A DNA stretch of 61,323 bases, the filler included. It is 7 parts of 7 records of this genome, joined end to end, with 100 filler letters (N's around TTAATTAATTAA, not from the genome) between each part and the next. Parts side by side here need not be neighbours in the genome. Positions count along the whole stretch, not along the records: positions 52,666 to 61,323 come from SRR20825006_1494; 6 more parts are not named here. One strand, 5' to 3'. The position numbers were made by a program, and so were the translations under genes. This document shows, piece after piece, positions 61,275-61,323 of this stretch (position 1 is its first letter; every line of letters starts with the position of its first letter). The notes under the pieces were generated by a model. That model searched no databases. It was not told where the DNA came from and saw nothing but the letters and a program-made list of their open reading frames with translations.

Positions 61275-61323
61275 GTTTGACTCTGCGGTCTTGATCTCTA
61301 TATTGCGCCTCACTTCCGAGAAA

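Overview
This window is not one locus. It is seven unrelated contigs joined by 100-nt artificial spacers (N-run + TTAATTAATTAA + N-run) at 13325-13424, 24854-24953, 33588-33687, 39501-39600, 46931-47030 and 52566-52665. Taxonomic labels below are inferred from gene order and protein style. (1) 1-13324, Alcanivorax/Pseudomonadales-like core region: gltB (partial), AAA-SPOR, aroB, aroK, pilQPONM, mrcA, malic enzyme (partial). (2) 13425-24853, Myxococcota/Bradymonadia-like: tRNA-Asp 3' half, orphan lipoproteins, a YidD-like lipoprotein, an EAL protein, a tRNA m6A37 methylase, a catalytically degenerate MBL-fold protein, an RHH-like/FHA protein and tlyA. (3) 24954-33587 and (5) 39601-46930, Roseobacter-like housekeeping regions (hemF, clpS, DD-carboxypeptidase, metR/metF, lolCDE) with a few accessory genes. 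(4) 33688-39500, Thalassospira-like RND efflux locus. (6) 47031-52565, Verrucomicrobia/Opitutae-like: rsuA, yhbY and a COG3014-ycfL-lpoB lipoprotein trio. (7) 52666-61323, Thalassospira-like, which holds the most interesting system. It is a complete minus-strand guanidine-utilisation unit: sigma-54 promoter, guanidine-I riboswitch, ABC importer, GdmH-type guanidine hydrolase and an unrecognised 168-aa protein with His-rich N- and C-termini. The unit lacks the HypA/HypB-like (GhaA/GhaB) nickel chaperones of characterised gdmH loci, so the His-rich protein is a candidate new nickel-delivery factor. No CRISPR array, integrase or transposase was seen.
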